A stretch of 44,197 nt of DNA, from NCBI RefSeq assembly GCF_000743755.1, contig NW_014569484.1, forward strand, positions 1 to 44,197. The letters are read 5' to 3'. The DNA is from Blastocystis sp. subtype 4. Taxonomy: Eukaryota. Below are positions 13,375 through 24,874 of the stretch, one piece after another. The position numbers and the translations under genes were made by a program. Position 1 is the first letter of the stretch; every line of letters starts with the position of its first letter. A model generated the notes under the pieces. The model ran no database searches and was not told the origin of the DNA. It was given only the letters and a program-made list of their open reading frames with translations.

Positions 13375-15661
13375 ATGACAAGATTTGGAAGACAGTATCC
13401 CTTTCGGAGGAATCCTTGAACCAAATACTCGTAATTGTTTCATTGTTGGTTTGATCCATAATAAGAATACCATAGTACATGGAGTTGAAATGAGAAAGGA
13501 CGCGATCGACACGAGTATTAACGCACTGACTTCGAATGAGACTGTGCTACAAGTGATTGACACAATAGAAACCTACGATCAACTGATAGTCCTTGATCTC
13601 ATCCGAATACTGATAAATACATATCTGAGTTGAGTAGATACATACAACAGCATCTGAAATTCCAGAGATAGACAATACGGTATCACTTGAGAATACCATC
13701 TTCATATCCTCTTTGCACAAGAGAGAAACAAAAACACCATTTGCGGTGTACAAACTTTGGCATTCTGGCTCTTGCATATCCTGCATCTCCTTCTCTTCAA
13801 ATGTGATCACAGGATTATCGGTGACTTCAACACTTGCACTTTGTTGTACATATTGTTGCTGCGTAACATAGCTTGTTGTTGTTGACTGCGTGGTTTCATG
13901 ATATTCTTGGCGTTCCATTGTCATGGATGTTGGTTGCAGGCCCTGTGCCTGCTTCTTTAACAACATTTGTTCCAGAGACAATTGACCAGGAACGGAAGGT
14001 GGAATGGCTAGTTTACCAGGTGTTGATGAAGATTGCGTGACTAGTTCTTGAGATTGGAACTGTTGCACTGGTGGTTGTTGACGAGACTGAGGCTGTTGTG
14101 GTTGGGACTGAGGATGTGCTATCGGTTCTCGGGGTTGTATGCTTGGCGCTTGTTGTTGTGCTGGTGGCTCTTGTGGTTGTACTGGTGGCGTTCGTTCTCG
14201 AAGACCCTGCTGTTTCTTCTTCTCCAGCATCTCTTCAAGTGAGAGTTGGCCAGGGATTGCTGCTGGTATGGACAACTTTCCCGGTTGATGTTGGGAAGCT
14301 GGAGTTGGTTTTGACATTAGAGAAGAGGATTGTACCTGCTGCTGAGGAAGTGGAGCAGACTGACGTTGTTGTGGGATCGGCTTTGGCTGCTGAACTGGAG
14401 TAGGAGCAGGAACAGATTGACGTGACTGAGGAGTTTTCGGTAATGGTTTTGATATCGCTGGAGCCATCTGTTTCTCCAAAGCGGCTTTTCTTTGGGATAC
14501 AGTCATGGGTTCTGGGACTTCAATATCAGGAACAAATGTATCTTCAGCAACTGTTTCAGTATACGTACGAGTTTCTGGCATGGGAATGGAAGCAGGTACT
14601 GAAGTAGTTTTTGATTCAAACATCCGAATCCTATCTGACAGGGATCCGGGGTCAAGAACTTCGACCTTTCCGTCCTCTTGTGGCCGTTGAACAACCGGTT
14701 TTTGTTGTTGTGCAGGCTTCGAAGGTTGTTGTTGAACGGGTTTCGGTTGCTGAATTGGTCGTGGTTGTTGTTGTGTTTGTTGTAAACGGGTTGACTGTTG
14801 TACTGACTGTTGAGCCGGCCTTGTTTGTTGAATAGGTCTCGGTTGTTGTTGGACTGGCCTTGACTGCTGGACTTGTCTTTGTTGTTGAACAGTCTGCTGA
14901 ACAGACTGTTGAACGACTCGTGGTTGTTGGATCGGCTGCTGGATTGGCTGCTGAATCGGTTGCTGAATCGGTTGCTGGACCGGTTTCTGCATAGGCCTAG
15001 ACTGCTGGATGGTCTGCTGGACTTGTCTTGATTGTTGAACAGTCTGGTGAACTGGTTGCTGTATAGGCCTTTGTTGTTGAACGGATCGCTGTACTGTTTG
15101 CTGTACCATTCTTACTTGCTGTTGAACCGGTTGTTGTTGAACGGTCTGTTGAACTGGTCGCTGTTGCTGAACAGGTCGTTGCTGGACTGGTTGTTGAACA
15201 GGTCGGGACTGAACTGGCTGCTGGACAGGTCGAGGTACTGAGGAATACACATTCTGCTGGGAAGGTTGCTGAGAATACCTCCCCTGGTTCTGTAGCACGG
15301 TCTGTGCATAGGACTGTTGAGAAGTAGAGTAACCGGAAGGCGGCAGAGGAAGCGGCTTATCAGCATATGATTGATTTGGAAGCATATATTGAGGAGCTAC
15401 CGCAGGAAGAGAGGTTCCTTGAACCAGAGGAACAGCATATCCCTGTTGATATGGTACAGGAGTTATGTTACGATCGTCAACTGTCTTACGCTCCACCCTC
15501 ACTACACGGCGATACTGGACAGACTGAGTCGATCCATATGGAGTTTGAACTACCGTTGTTCCAGCATGTTGACACTGTGCTAAATGAGATGCCATCTGTT
15601 CTGCTGGAACTGTAGTGTGACAAAATACACACGGAACATAGGTAGTATTGTAGGTGTACAT
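13375..15661 (-). CDS. Gln/Pro-rich protein with N-terminal CxxC..HxxxC zinc finger and C-terminal globular (PH-like?) domain; stop probably completed by poly(A)
   Basis: VPCVFCHTTVPAEQMASHLAQC. An in-frame 30-nt intron ending at 13547 extends the ORF to ..RDTVFQILS. T13375 lies 4 nt before TGTTTCTA. Confidence 0.7.
14700..15230 (-). repeat. Coding low-complexity repeats (QQPV/QQPI/QQRPV)
   Basis: Tandem 12-15 nt degenerate units, e.g. PIQQ x4 at about 14925-14975. Confidence 0.8.
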
Positions 15662-15773
15662 TATTATTCTGATATCCTTTATACATTGCAATATCCCAGA
15701 TCCATGGGATCAACAAAATAATGATGATTTTGGGTAGTAGAATAACCCCTATTTCTTTCTCAACCCATAGATT

Positions 15774-17051
15774 ATGGAAGAAATCCTCCGAAAGGAAAAC
15801 GAAGAACTCCGAAAACGAAATGAAGAGTTAGAGGAAGAGGTGAAGAAATGGAAGAGTGAACTAGACAAATTCAAAGAGTCAAGTCGATATCAAGTATTTG
15901 CTTAACGTAGATCTCATTGATAGCTTCGACAACTAAAAGAATACAACGATTCCCTAAAAGAGCAACTACGTAGTGTTGGAGATGGATTTATGAAGGAAAA
16001 CGAGGAAGCATCTGAAGAAATGTCGGAGGAGATTGAAATCTTTAAACAATATGTCTATTCACCAACTGTGACTCCTCCAGTTTACACGGAAAAGGTGGTA
16101 CTGGATTCAATCCATCAAGCAAATGTTCTCTGTGTAGTATTCTGGGATAAGAATGATATGTTCCTTTTCTCAGCAGATGTACAAAATCGTCTCGTTTGTA
16201 TCAATAGTGAAGATCAGACTGTTGTTTGCGAAATGAAAGTCTCTGCTCCTTGCTGTTCGCTCACTACTGTGAATCATGGAACTCTTCTTCTTGCTGGATG
16301 TATGGATGGACTACTTCATGTATTCTCTATCGATAGTACAAATTATTGTATCACTTCTCTGACGAAAATGAATCAACAGAAACTCCATGAGAAAGCCATC
16401 TTGAAACTTCGTTCCTGTGATACATTGGATGCAGTGTTATCAACAAGCTATGATAACACAGTTGCACTCTTTAATGTGGACAAATTGGGAACAATCACGG
16501 AGAAAGCACGATATTACTTCAAATATACATGTGATGGTATTGCATTTAGTCCAAAACATCGTTCTATCATCATAGCGGAACGCAATCAACCATTCATGAC
16601 ATACATCAATCTCGATACTCAGGAGAAGACAGAAGTTAGTATTAACAATCACGACTGGGATTTACATGTTTCCTTCTGCATTATCGATCTGTGTCTGATG
16701 CATGATGAAGACTATGTGGTTGCGCTAACGGACAAAGGTCGAGTGATTATCTTTGGTTATGGAAAGAATACTCACATTCAAGTCATTTACGATGGATCAA
16801 TGCTTTCAGATTCATATTACAATGGTGTGGTTGTAGTGGATCGAGAAGAAAACCATGTATTGACGATCTGTCCTGATTATTGTATTCATGTGTTCTCTCT
16901 GTATTCAGGAAAGGAAGTGGCAGTATTAAAGGGTCATTCAAAAACTATTCGTAATATGACTTGTCAACGAGATCTCACGACTACGCTCTATACCTGTTCT
17001 TATGATCATTCTATACGAGTTTGGAAACAAGTTGGATACTCTCTTTGTTAA
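15774..17051 (+). CDS. Coiled-coil + WD40-repeat protein
   Basis: E/K-rich coiled-coil exon 1, a 30-nt intron, then WD repeats (LKGHSKTIR..LYTCSYDHSIRVW). May instead end at T17037 via poly(A) (TCTTTGTT at 17042). Confidence 0.8.
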
Positions 17052-17061
17052 CAAACAAATA

Positions 17062-19275
17062 AAATAGGTATAGGTTGATCATTATCCATACTAATTGGAG
17101 TCCAAGTTAATGGAGGTTCAATCATCATTAAATCATCAGACTGTTGACTCCGAATGTAGTATCTAACTTGTTGATCAATATTGTGAGTAAAGAAAGGAAG
17201 AGCGTAATTAGGAGATAATTGAAGAGCAGTTCCACAAGAGAAAAACTCACCAGAAACAGAATTAAGAGAGAAATTCTCATGTTGAATCACACACCAACAA
17301 TGAATGCAAGGGAACTGATACTCTTGCCACATACCACATGTACACGTTTTTTGCTGTAAATCTACTTCTTCTTGCTCACTAGAATCCTTTTCACCTTCTG
17401 TCACTCGAAACAATGAATCACGAATACAAGTGACTGAGAATGAAGATAACACTTCAAGATACTGATTAACAAGCTGTTGATAGAAGGGAGTAAGAGAATC
17501 TGAATTGTACCCATCATACTCTTCTTGTCTCTTCTTTGCATAACGAGCAATCATTACATACAACCCACTCACTACGTCATCCAACATCACATAACGAAGC
17601 ATTTCATGATCCAAATATACCATATCAATCTGCTGAATACATGATTCTATTTGGTAGACATGTTGTCGCTTCATTGCATGTCGATACCACAGACCTGTCT
17701 TGTTCAATTCTTTCACAAGGTCTGAAGCCTCTGCCATCAATTGACTGAGTAGCGTCGTTACTTGGACTGTTGCACAGAATACAACACGATAGAATCGACT
17801 CTGAAGTGATACAAAGTCAGTCTTAGAGAGAGATTTCTTCCTTCGGACACTTCCATTCAAATACCAAGGTGATAATCGTACTGCGAGATCTGGAACAATT
17901 GCTTCCAACTCAGGGAACATAGTCTCAATAGTCTTACAGAGTTGAAGAATTAACTGACACTCAGGGTCAGTATCTGTTGGGATCCCACAATCATGCAAAC
18001 GGGATATAAACAGACGCCAATTCTCTGGAGATTCTTCTTCAGCAAGCATATAGCCCAGAGGAATGACCTTCTGTCCTCCATCCATTGTGGAAGCATGAAA
18101 TAAGACTCCTCCAAACTCACTTTTCAATTGTGAGCAGTCAAGTGCCAATAACCGTTGTGATAACAGAAAGAGTCGTAGTGACTCTGCTGGACACACAAAT
18201 ACAGATCGAAGGAGAGTCTTCTTTGATTCACCAATGGTATCTATCACAAACTCGGATTCAGGAGATGCTTTCATTACTTGCTGACCTACACATGGATACA
18301 TCGATCCAATCCTTACGCATTACTGTAAAGGCAGAAACTATATCTTTCATAGATGTGATGAATTGAGAGCGTTCATCGAGTCGAATCTTCGCTACAGTGA
18401 CTTCTTTGCAATCAACATGCTTCTCCTCCAGAACATGAAGAATCTCTTGAAGACTCACATATGGATTGCAAGAAATCATTTTACGAACCAAGTAATGCAT
18501 ATAAGCATTACGACAGTACATTGGACGTTTAGATTGTCGAACAAAGGTTCCAGATTGACGCTTCATCGCACCTGGACTCTCTACGAAAACTGAATCCAGT
18601 TCTGTTGATGGGGAATGTGAGAAGAGAGAACCATCGATAACGACATCATCTCCTTTCAATGTCACTATATTATCTTTGGGTGTCTGTACTACAAATAAGA
18701 AGTTGAGACCAACCTAACTTCGATTTTTATAAGAAGGCCGATATAATGTTACACGTTTGTCTCTCGGTTTCTAAGCAGTTAGAAATAATCAAAACAAAGA
18801 TACACTCTGCCAATTGCAGGTATGGTTGATCTGAACCTCTCTTATACATAGAATCCCTATATTTGACACAATTACAAACAATATACCACGCCGATCCATC
18901 GCCTTCGAGCGACAAACACCCCCCTTGATGGAGAACGAACAAGAATCGTCGAATGGACATCGGTATGATATCATCGAACCTGAGGAATCACGCGTATATG
19001 GAATATTATGTTTAGAAAGGTACACATCAACAACATCTTTGAAATGTTGGGAATTTTCAATTTTGGCGTTAACCTGAATAAACAGTGCTTCGAATCAACA
19101 AATACACAGATATCATACCAAAGTTCGTATCAATCTGTTCATCTTCTTTGTCAATATCCATGATGAATGACTGATCTGCACTACAAATAGAAGGATTCAG
19201 TGTGATTTGGAAAACAGAAAATTCTAAAATAATCATCAGGTTTTTTGTCATCACTGATTGTGTCATTTCATTCAT
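17062..19275 (-). mobile_element. Mutator/MULE transposase-derived gene with SWIM zinc finger, intron-containing, probably domesticated; stop completed by poly(A)
   Basis: N-terminal YRCPFDDSCSF...HTC (MuDR-like), LALDCSQLKSEFGGVLFHASTMDG..IPLGY..EESPENWRLF (MULE) and VDLQQKTCTCGMWQEYQFPCIH (SWIM). Intron 18286-18316. T17062 is in frame before TGTTTGTT. No TIRs seen. Confidence 0.75.
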
Positions 19276-19339
19276 TCTCTTCTCTTACCATCTGCTTATA
19301 GCGGAGGTGACTTGTCGACATTTAGTTCTCTCTACAGAC

Positions 19340-20511
19340 ATGTATCGACAGGCTTCGATTCCTAGAAGCGAATTATTGAATTGGATCAATGATTTCCTTC
19401 AAACCAACTATCCAACTCTTGAAAGCGCCTCAAATGGTATACCGTTTCCATTTTGACTGGATGATGTTTAGGTGCTGTTGCTTGTCAAATAATTGACAGT
19501 ATTCATCCTAGTAATTATAGAACTGCTCCTCTGATCCCGTAGAATGTGTACCTATGAAACAACTTGATTTCTCTGCTTCCACTCCATATTCTTGTCAGAA
19601 GAACTACAGAATACTTCAGAGTGTTATTTCCAAACTGAATATTCCAATTGTATGTTCCTTGACTGGCTAAATCACAACTTAGGAGGTTGACATTACTTCT
19701 CTCTCTAAACGAAGTTGTAAGGAGAGTTATAGCTTTTTAGCAACTCTCAAAGCGTATTTTGACGATCATTATAAAGGTGAACCTTATGATCCGATTGCCC
19801 AGAGAAACGAATCCAAGGGAATTCCAAGTCCATTTCTAAATCGAGGCTGATGTATAGAAGCGGTAAGAAAGTCGAATGACCACATCCGTTCGAGCCGACT
19901 GTCCCCTTTGTCTGTAGGAACTACGCACCATCCAGCTCCACCTACTGACTCCGAAACGACTCCTATGGTCTCTCTTCCTGAGGTAATCTTCCAGCCATCT
20001 CAAGATGTTCCATTACGATCATCTGGTTGGATTTGGATTGCTTTCCTGATGGTTAGATCACTCTTCGTCAGAACTTGGTGTTATTAGTCAGCTGAATCGT
20101 CGAATTGCTTCAATGGAGAGTGAGAATCGTACCATTGATCTTCCGTAATAACAATTAGGTTCTCTTAAGAAGGAAAATGAGGAATTGAAGCGACATCAGA
20201 AGGACCTTCCATTTCTCTTACAACAGCGTGTATGTGAGTGAATAGAGATTGATACATAGGAGGCGCTGTTAACAAAGGAACGGAATTTCTATTACCGTAA
20301 GTTACTTACCATCGAAGATCTACTCACTCAGATTCCGCAGCGTACAGATGTGGATGAATTCATTCTAGAAACATTGTGAGTATTTAGTAGGGAGATGATA
20401 AATAGATACTCAAGAGAAGGAATGGAAGATGAGGAAGTGAACAATCCAGCTGAGAGTAAAGATGAATCTGTGGATAGTGATGGTCCTGCTGATGGTATGA
20501 TGCAAGCGTGA
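19340..20511 (+). CDS. EB1: EB1/MAPRE microtubule end-binding protein (divergent)
   Basis: SELLNWINDFL..NGAVACQIIDSIHP (CH domain), YDPIAQR, KERNFYYRKLLTIE..LYS (EBH) and an acidic tail. About 9 short introns. Confidence 0.85.
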
Positions 20512-20577
20512 TGGACTCGATTTTCTTCTCTGTAGTTATTCTTTTAGTTTGGGAATGTGTTTGATTGAAAACAGTGA

Positions 20578-22410
20578 AATCATGCAAATCCATCTCAAAT
20601 CCAGTTACACTAATGATCTTGTCACGATATTCATCAATATTGTCAGGAGTTAGCTTCACGAGTGATCTTCGAGTTAAACGCTACGCATAAGTCTGGTCTT
20701 CTACTCTCACCTTCTTCGTAAATGGGCAAGTATTTCGTGGATCCCGATTCAATACTTTGATCCAAGAGTCATATCCCAAAACATGACCATATGGACTAAT
20801 AGTAGGTTTCACAACAGGCATCATAGTCATTGGATCAATATAATCCTAGTCATTACTCTTTCCTCTCTTTTGTACTGGAAGAAGTGGGACCTCTTCAACA
20901 GTCTCAATCTCTGTTTCGAGTTGCCCGGATTTCAAAGAACGCGATTTCTTCTTTGATTTAGTATTCACTTCCACATTCTTCTTCTTGGTATGAGCCAGAG
21001 TACTGTGTCCTTCACTATCGCGGAACTTAAAAACCAACTTGCCTGAGTTATCAAACACATAATTGTCATCATGAATCACTCCTTCTTTGATCAGTTGGCG
21101 ATAATAGTTGCTGCACTGATAGCCCACACGACCAGGAATATTCATGGAGAAAATACCCCACTAGGTTTCACTCTCCCATTTCTCACTCACTTGATAATCT
21201 ACTCCTTTTGCTACTAATTTCAAGAACAAAGCTTTATCTTTAGGACTCCACTTTCCTGTTGCTTGAGGCTCACCAGGATCATTGAAGCGATAGTAGTACT
21301 GATTGGGGTTCTTCTCTCTGTTCCTGAAGGCCTTGATTCGGGCTTCACTCCAGCCAAGTTGACGAAGTGTCGCTGCAGGAATTTTATTGGCTTCCGATCC
21401 CGACAGCGCTCTGAAAAGGTCAGCTTCCTCTACCTCTGAATCATGTACTCAGGACCCACTCTGAAGTGAAACTTTTGTAGCTGCTTTTCCAGCTACTGGA
21501 ATTTCTAGTGTGTCAGATTCTGTGTTACTTTCGTCTGACTTCTTTCCTGTTGTATCACTGGACTGTGAACTTTCTTCCTTATTTTGTAGGGATGCCAACT
21601 ACAAATGATACATGATTTGTTTACGTACCATAATAAGAGCATCATCCAGATTCAGTCGAGGATGTTTGCGATCACTCTTATCATCCTCATGATGACGTTT
21701 CCTACTCGAGTGGGAGTGATCACTTTCATCATCATCATCATTCCGAGAATAGTATCGACCACATTGATCCCAATCATCTCCCTCATCATCATTATCCCGA
21801 TCCGATTCTCCATCATCCCGAAGGGCCTCTCGCAGCTCCTGAATTCTATCACGATACTACACCTCACTCTTACATCCATTATATACGAGAATGGCATCCA
21901 TATCCACTTCAATCTCGTTATGTGCCATTTTAGTTACAGTGTCCTTATAGTCGGGATCGTCCATCAAACGCTTAATGGCAAGAAGCTAGAACTGAGACTT
22001 ACTGTTTTGTTTGTACTTCATTGTTCCGACAAGACTCAATTGCGAGCTTGGCAGTTTTCTCGTCAATGTCCTTGATTCGATTTAGAACATCTCGGACCTA
22101 GAAGTGAAAAGAACCCATAAAAGGAGACCTTTTGACCCTCTTGGTTCTTGTTGAAGGAGCGAAATTGTTGTTGGTACTCCTCAAGTCGTTTGATTACAAG
22201 AAGCTACGATACAGGTCAGAAAGGCTTTCAAACCACGTAAAAAACCGTCCCAAATCAACAAAACCTTACTCGTTGTTCTTTACTTATTCCACCAAGAATG
22301 ATGTCATCTTCCCCTTCTGAACAGGTTTCAGATTCACTGAAAGATGAGTCATCCATCATAAAAGAATCAGCGTTATCTCTTCGAGAAACAAATAATGGTG
22401 GGAGATCCAT
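20578..22410 (-). CDS. Myb/SANT-like + U-box/RING-like domain protein; stop probably completed by poly(A)
   Basis: NPNQYYYRFNDPGE..GKWS..WGIFSMNIPGRVGYQCSNYYR and IDPMT..PTISPYGHV..CPFTKK. T20578 is in frame before TGTTTTCA. Confidence 0.75.
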
Positions 22411-22492
22411 CTTCTTGGTGGCAAGTTGTTTTCAACAAAAACATGATTCTACATGATAGTCTGACAAGTTCAATAGAAGAACAAAAGGAATG

Positions 22493-24286
22493 CTACTTGG
22501 GAACGTCTTGCCTTACTTCATTCTCTTCAGGCTTTTTAAGCACATCTACGTGAGTAAGAGGGACACCATCTGTATCATCTTGCTTCTGATCCGTCGGAAC
22601 GTGCACCAGAGGAACTGTTTCTTCCTCATTCTCCTGTGTAGGTACCAAAGGAACCCTCTCTTCCTCTCCACTCTTCTTCTGTGATTGATCTACGCCTTCA
22701 GATAGAGTAGGCTGAGTCGGTAGTTGTGATGAAGATTGTTGTGAAGATGGCTCTTGTGTCGATGTAGACTGTTCAGAAGCTGACTGAGGTAGTGAGGAAG
22801 GTATGGACGCTTGTTGTAGTTGAGTTCCTTCAGAGACAGCCACAGAACCCGATTCAGCTGTAGGTAAGACTGATGGAATCTCTGCAGGAGCAGTGGATGA
22901 TTTAGAAACAGCAGGTCTACAAGCAACGGGCATTCGACAGAACAGGAGTTGCTCAGGATCCAATGGAGGAATGATCGATATGCTAGAGTCATGTGTCTCT
23001 TCAGATTTCTCCACCTCCTTCCCGCTCGCTTCTGAGGTGTAGGACATTGGATTCATGGTAGGTGGCAAGAGTGTCTGTGGAGGAGACGGAATGGGAGGAA
23101 TTCCTTCCGATTTGACAGAGGGAGTGGAAAGAGCGCTAGGAACAACAGAATTGAGAACCTGGGTAAAAGCAGGTGGTACCACCTCAGGAGATGTGGCTTG
23201 AGGAGCAGGAGAAGGATTAGAAGGCTGGGGAGGTTGGGACTGAGGAAGTTGCTGAATAGGCTGTTGCATTGACATCTGAGTAGGGAGTTGGACGGACTGC
23301 TGCACAGATTGCTGCATCGGCATTTGAACTAAAGGTTGAGAAGGCACTGGAGTAGATCCCTGAGCAGGTGACTGAGTAGGCAATGGAGTGGTTCCTTTCA
23401 TTCCACAGAGAATAGTGGCTACAGTTCGTTCCATATCAGTTACTGTTGCTTTATCTAAGCATGATCCAGCTATTTTAAAGGTACCTCGAAGATTATTCAC
23501 CTCTTGTTTCACTGATGGAGGCTGTGGAGTGACTTGAGACCGAGAAGGTTGAGCCATGTACTTCGAAGTGGCGATCCGAGAATAGTCCATAGAAACTGGC
23601 TTCCCTTGCACTTGCATGATCGGAGTGGTCATTGGCTGACCCATAACACCATAATGAGATACTCGCTGAACACGTTGTTGAGGTTGTTGAACTGCTTGTT
23701 TCTTGCTTGATTTATCATTTATGGAATATAGATTTTGAGTAGGAATATCACGTTTCAACGAGGGAGATGGCTGCGCATATGAGAACATCATTCCTTGTTG
23801 CATCATTTGATTCAATTGGTACTGAGGAGCTGTAATCATAGTTGGATAACCTGCAATTGATGACTGCCCATTTGTATACTGAGGAACATATTGCAAATGA
23901 GTCATATTCATATCTTCACCCTGCACAGACTTTGGATCATAGTATTGATTGGTCATACCCACTGGTCGTTTATTCTTATTTAGATTGTCCTGAGAAGTCT
24001 GAATATTATACCCCTGCGGCGTTTGCATATATACTAGACGGTTGTCATAAACATATCCATAAGGAAAAGAAGCAGCATAATAAGGTGGTACCCGATAATC
24101 ATTCAGAGCTTCTGGCATCACCCCATAAGTTGCGGAAGCTGATACTTGACCCGAAAGGTTTGGATATTCACAATAATGGGATGCCTTCTTATCGGTATTT
24201 GACATCCCTTCTCCTAGAGAGGACTGAGGCTGCGAATAATCCCTTGATAGGACAAGGGGATTCCCCTGATACTGTGGGTTATACAT
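22493..24286 (-). CDS. Low-complexity Q/P/S/Y-rich hypothetical protein
   Basis: Uninterrupted ORF of about 597 codons. No recognised domain; start uncertain. Confidence 0.65.
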   Translation of the reverse strand: MYNPQYQGNPLVLSRDYSQPQSSLGEGMSNTDKKASHYCEYPNLSGQVSASATYGVMPEALNDYRVPPYYAASFPYGYVYDNRLVYMQTPQGYNIQTSQDNLNKNKRPVGMTNQYYDPKSVQGEDMNMTHLQYVPQYTNGQSSIAGYPTMITAPQYQLNQMMQQGMMFSYAQPSPSLKRDIPTQNLYSINDKSSKKQAVQQPQQRVQRVSHYGVMGQPMTTPIMQVQGKPVSMDYSRIATSKYMAQPSRSQVTPQPPSVKQEVNNLRGTFKIAGSCLDKATVTDMERTVATILCGMKGTTPLPTQSPAQGSTPVPSQPLVQMPMQQSVQQSVQLPTQMSMQQPIQQLPQSQPPQPSNPSPAPQATSPEVVPPAFTQVLNSVVPSALSTPSVKSEGIPPIPSPPQTLLPPTMNPMSYTSEASGKEVEKSEETHDSSISIIPPLDPEQLLFCRMPVACRPAVSKSSTAPAEIPSVLPTAESGSVAVSEGTQLQQASIPSSLPQSASEQSTSTQEPSSQQSSSQLPTQPTLSEGVDQSQKKSGEEERVPLVPTQENEEETVPLVHVPTDQKQDDTDGVPLTHVDVLKKPEENEVRQDVPK

Positions 24287-24874
24287 CACTGCCTAGAGAA
24301 AGAGTAATGTGATTGTGAAGGAATGAAGCCGAATAGGACAAACCAATCAGATGAGTTGGTACGCCGGACCCAATTATATAATGGTCCCCAAATCATACAT
24401 TTATGAATGGTTTGTGTTCGTTCCAATTAATTATATGTGTAGACTTCTTTTAGTCCATTCCTGGTATTTCTTTTCATTTGGATCATCTTGAATCTTTCCG
24501 AGAGATGCACACTTCTTTCTACACATCCCATCCTGGTTATTGAATCAAATATATTGACAGATAAAAATGATTCATACTCAAATTGATCATTGGGAGAAAA
24601 GATGATGCATCACGAAACAATGGTGATAAACTGTTCTTAAAAGTGTTACCTCATTCTGTGGAGTCCATTAAAATGGTTTGTGTCCAAATTGACGGACCTT
24701 GACAATCTTCGAAATCAACACTTCCATTCCTCGTGGATCCTCTCTTAAGTTTGACTATATTCTTTTGATCCTACCGTTTTCGATCTGGATTACTCTTGTG
24801 TAGAAAAGTAATTGGGGAACGAAAAACTGGTGCATGGAGGGAAAACAAGTCCTGAAGTGAGTAAAGACAAGAAA

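Noticed and set aside
14700..15230. Tandem repeats resembling a CRISPR or satellite array
   Set aside because: Degenerate in-frame Gln/Pro codon repeats with no repeat-spacer structure, inside a eukaryotic gene.
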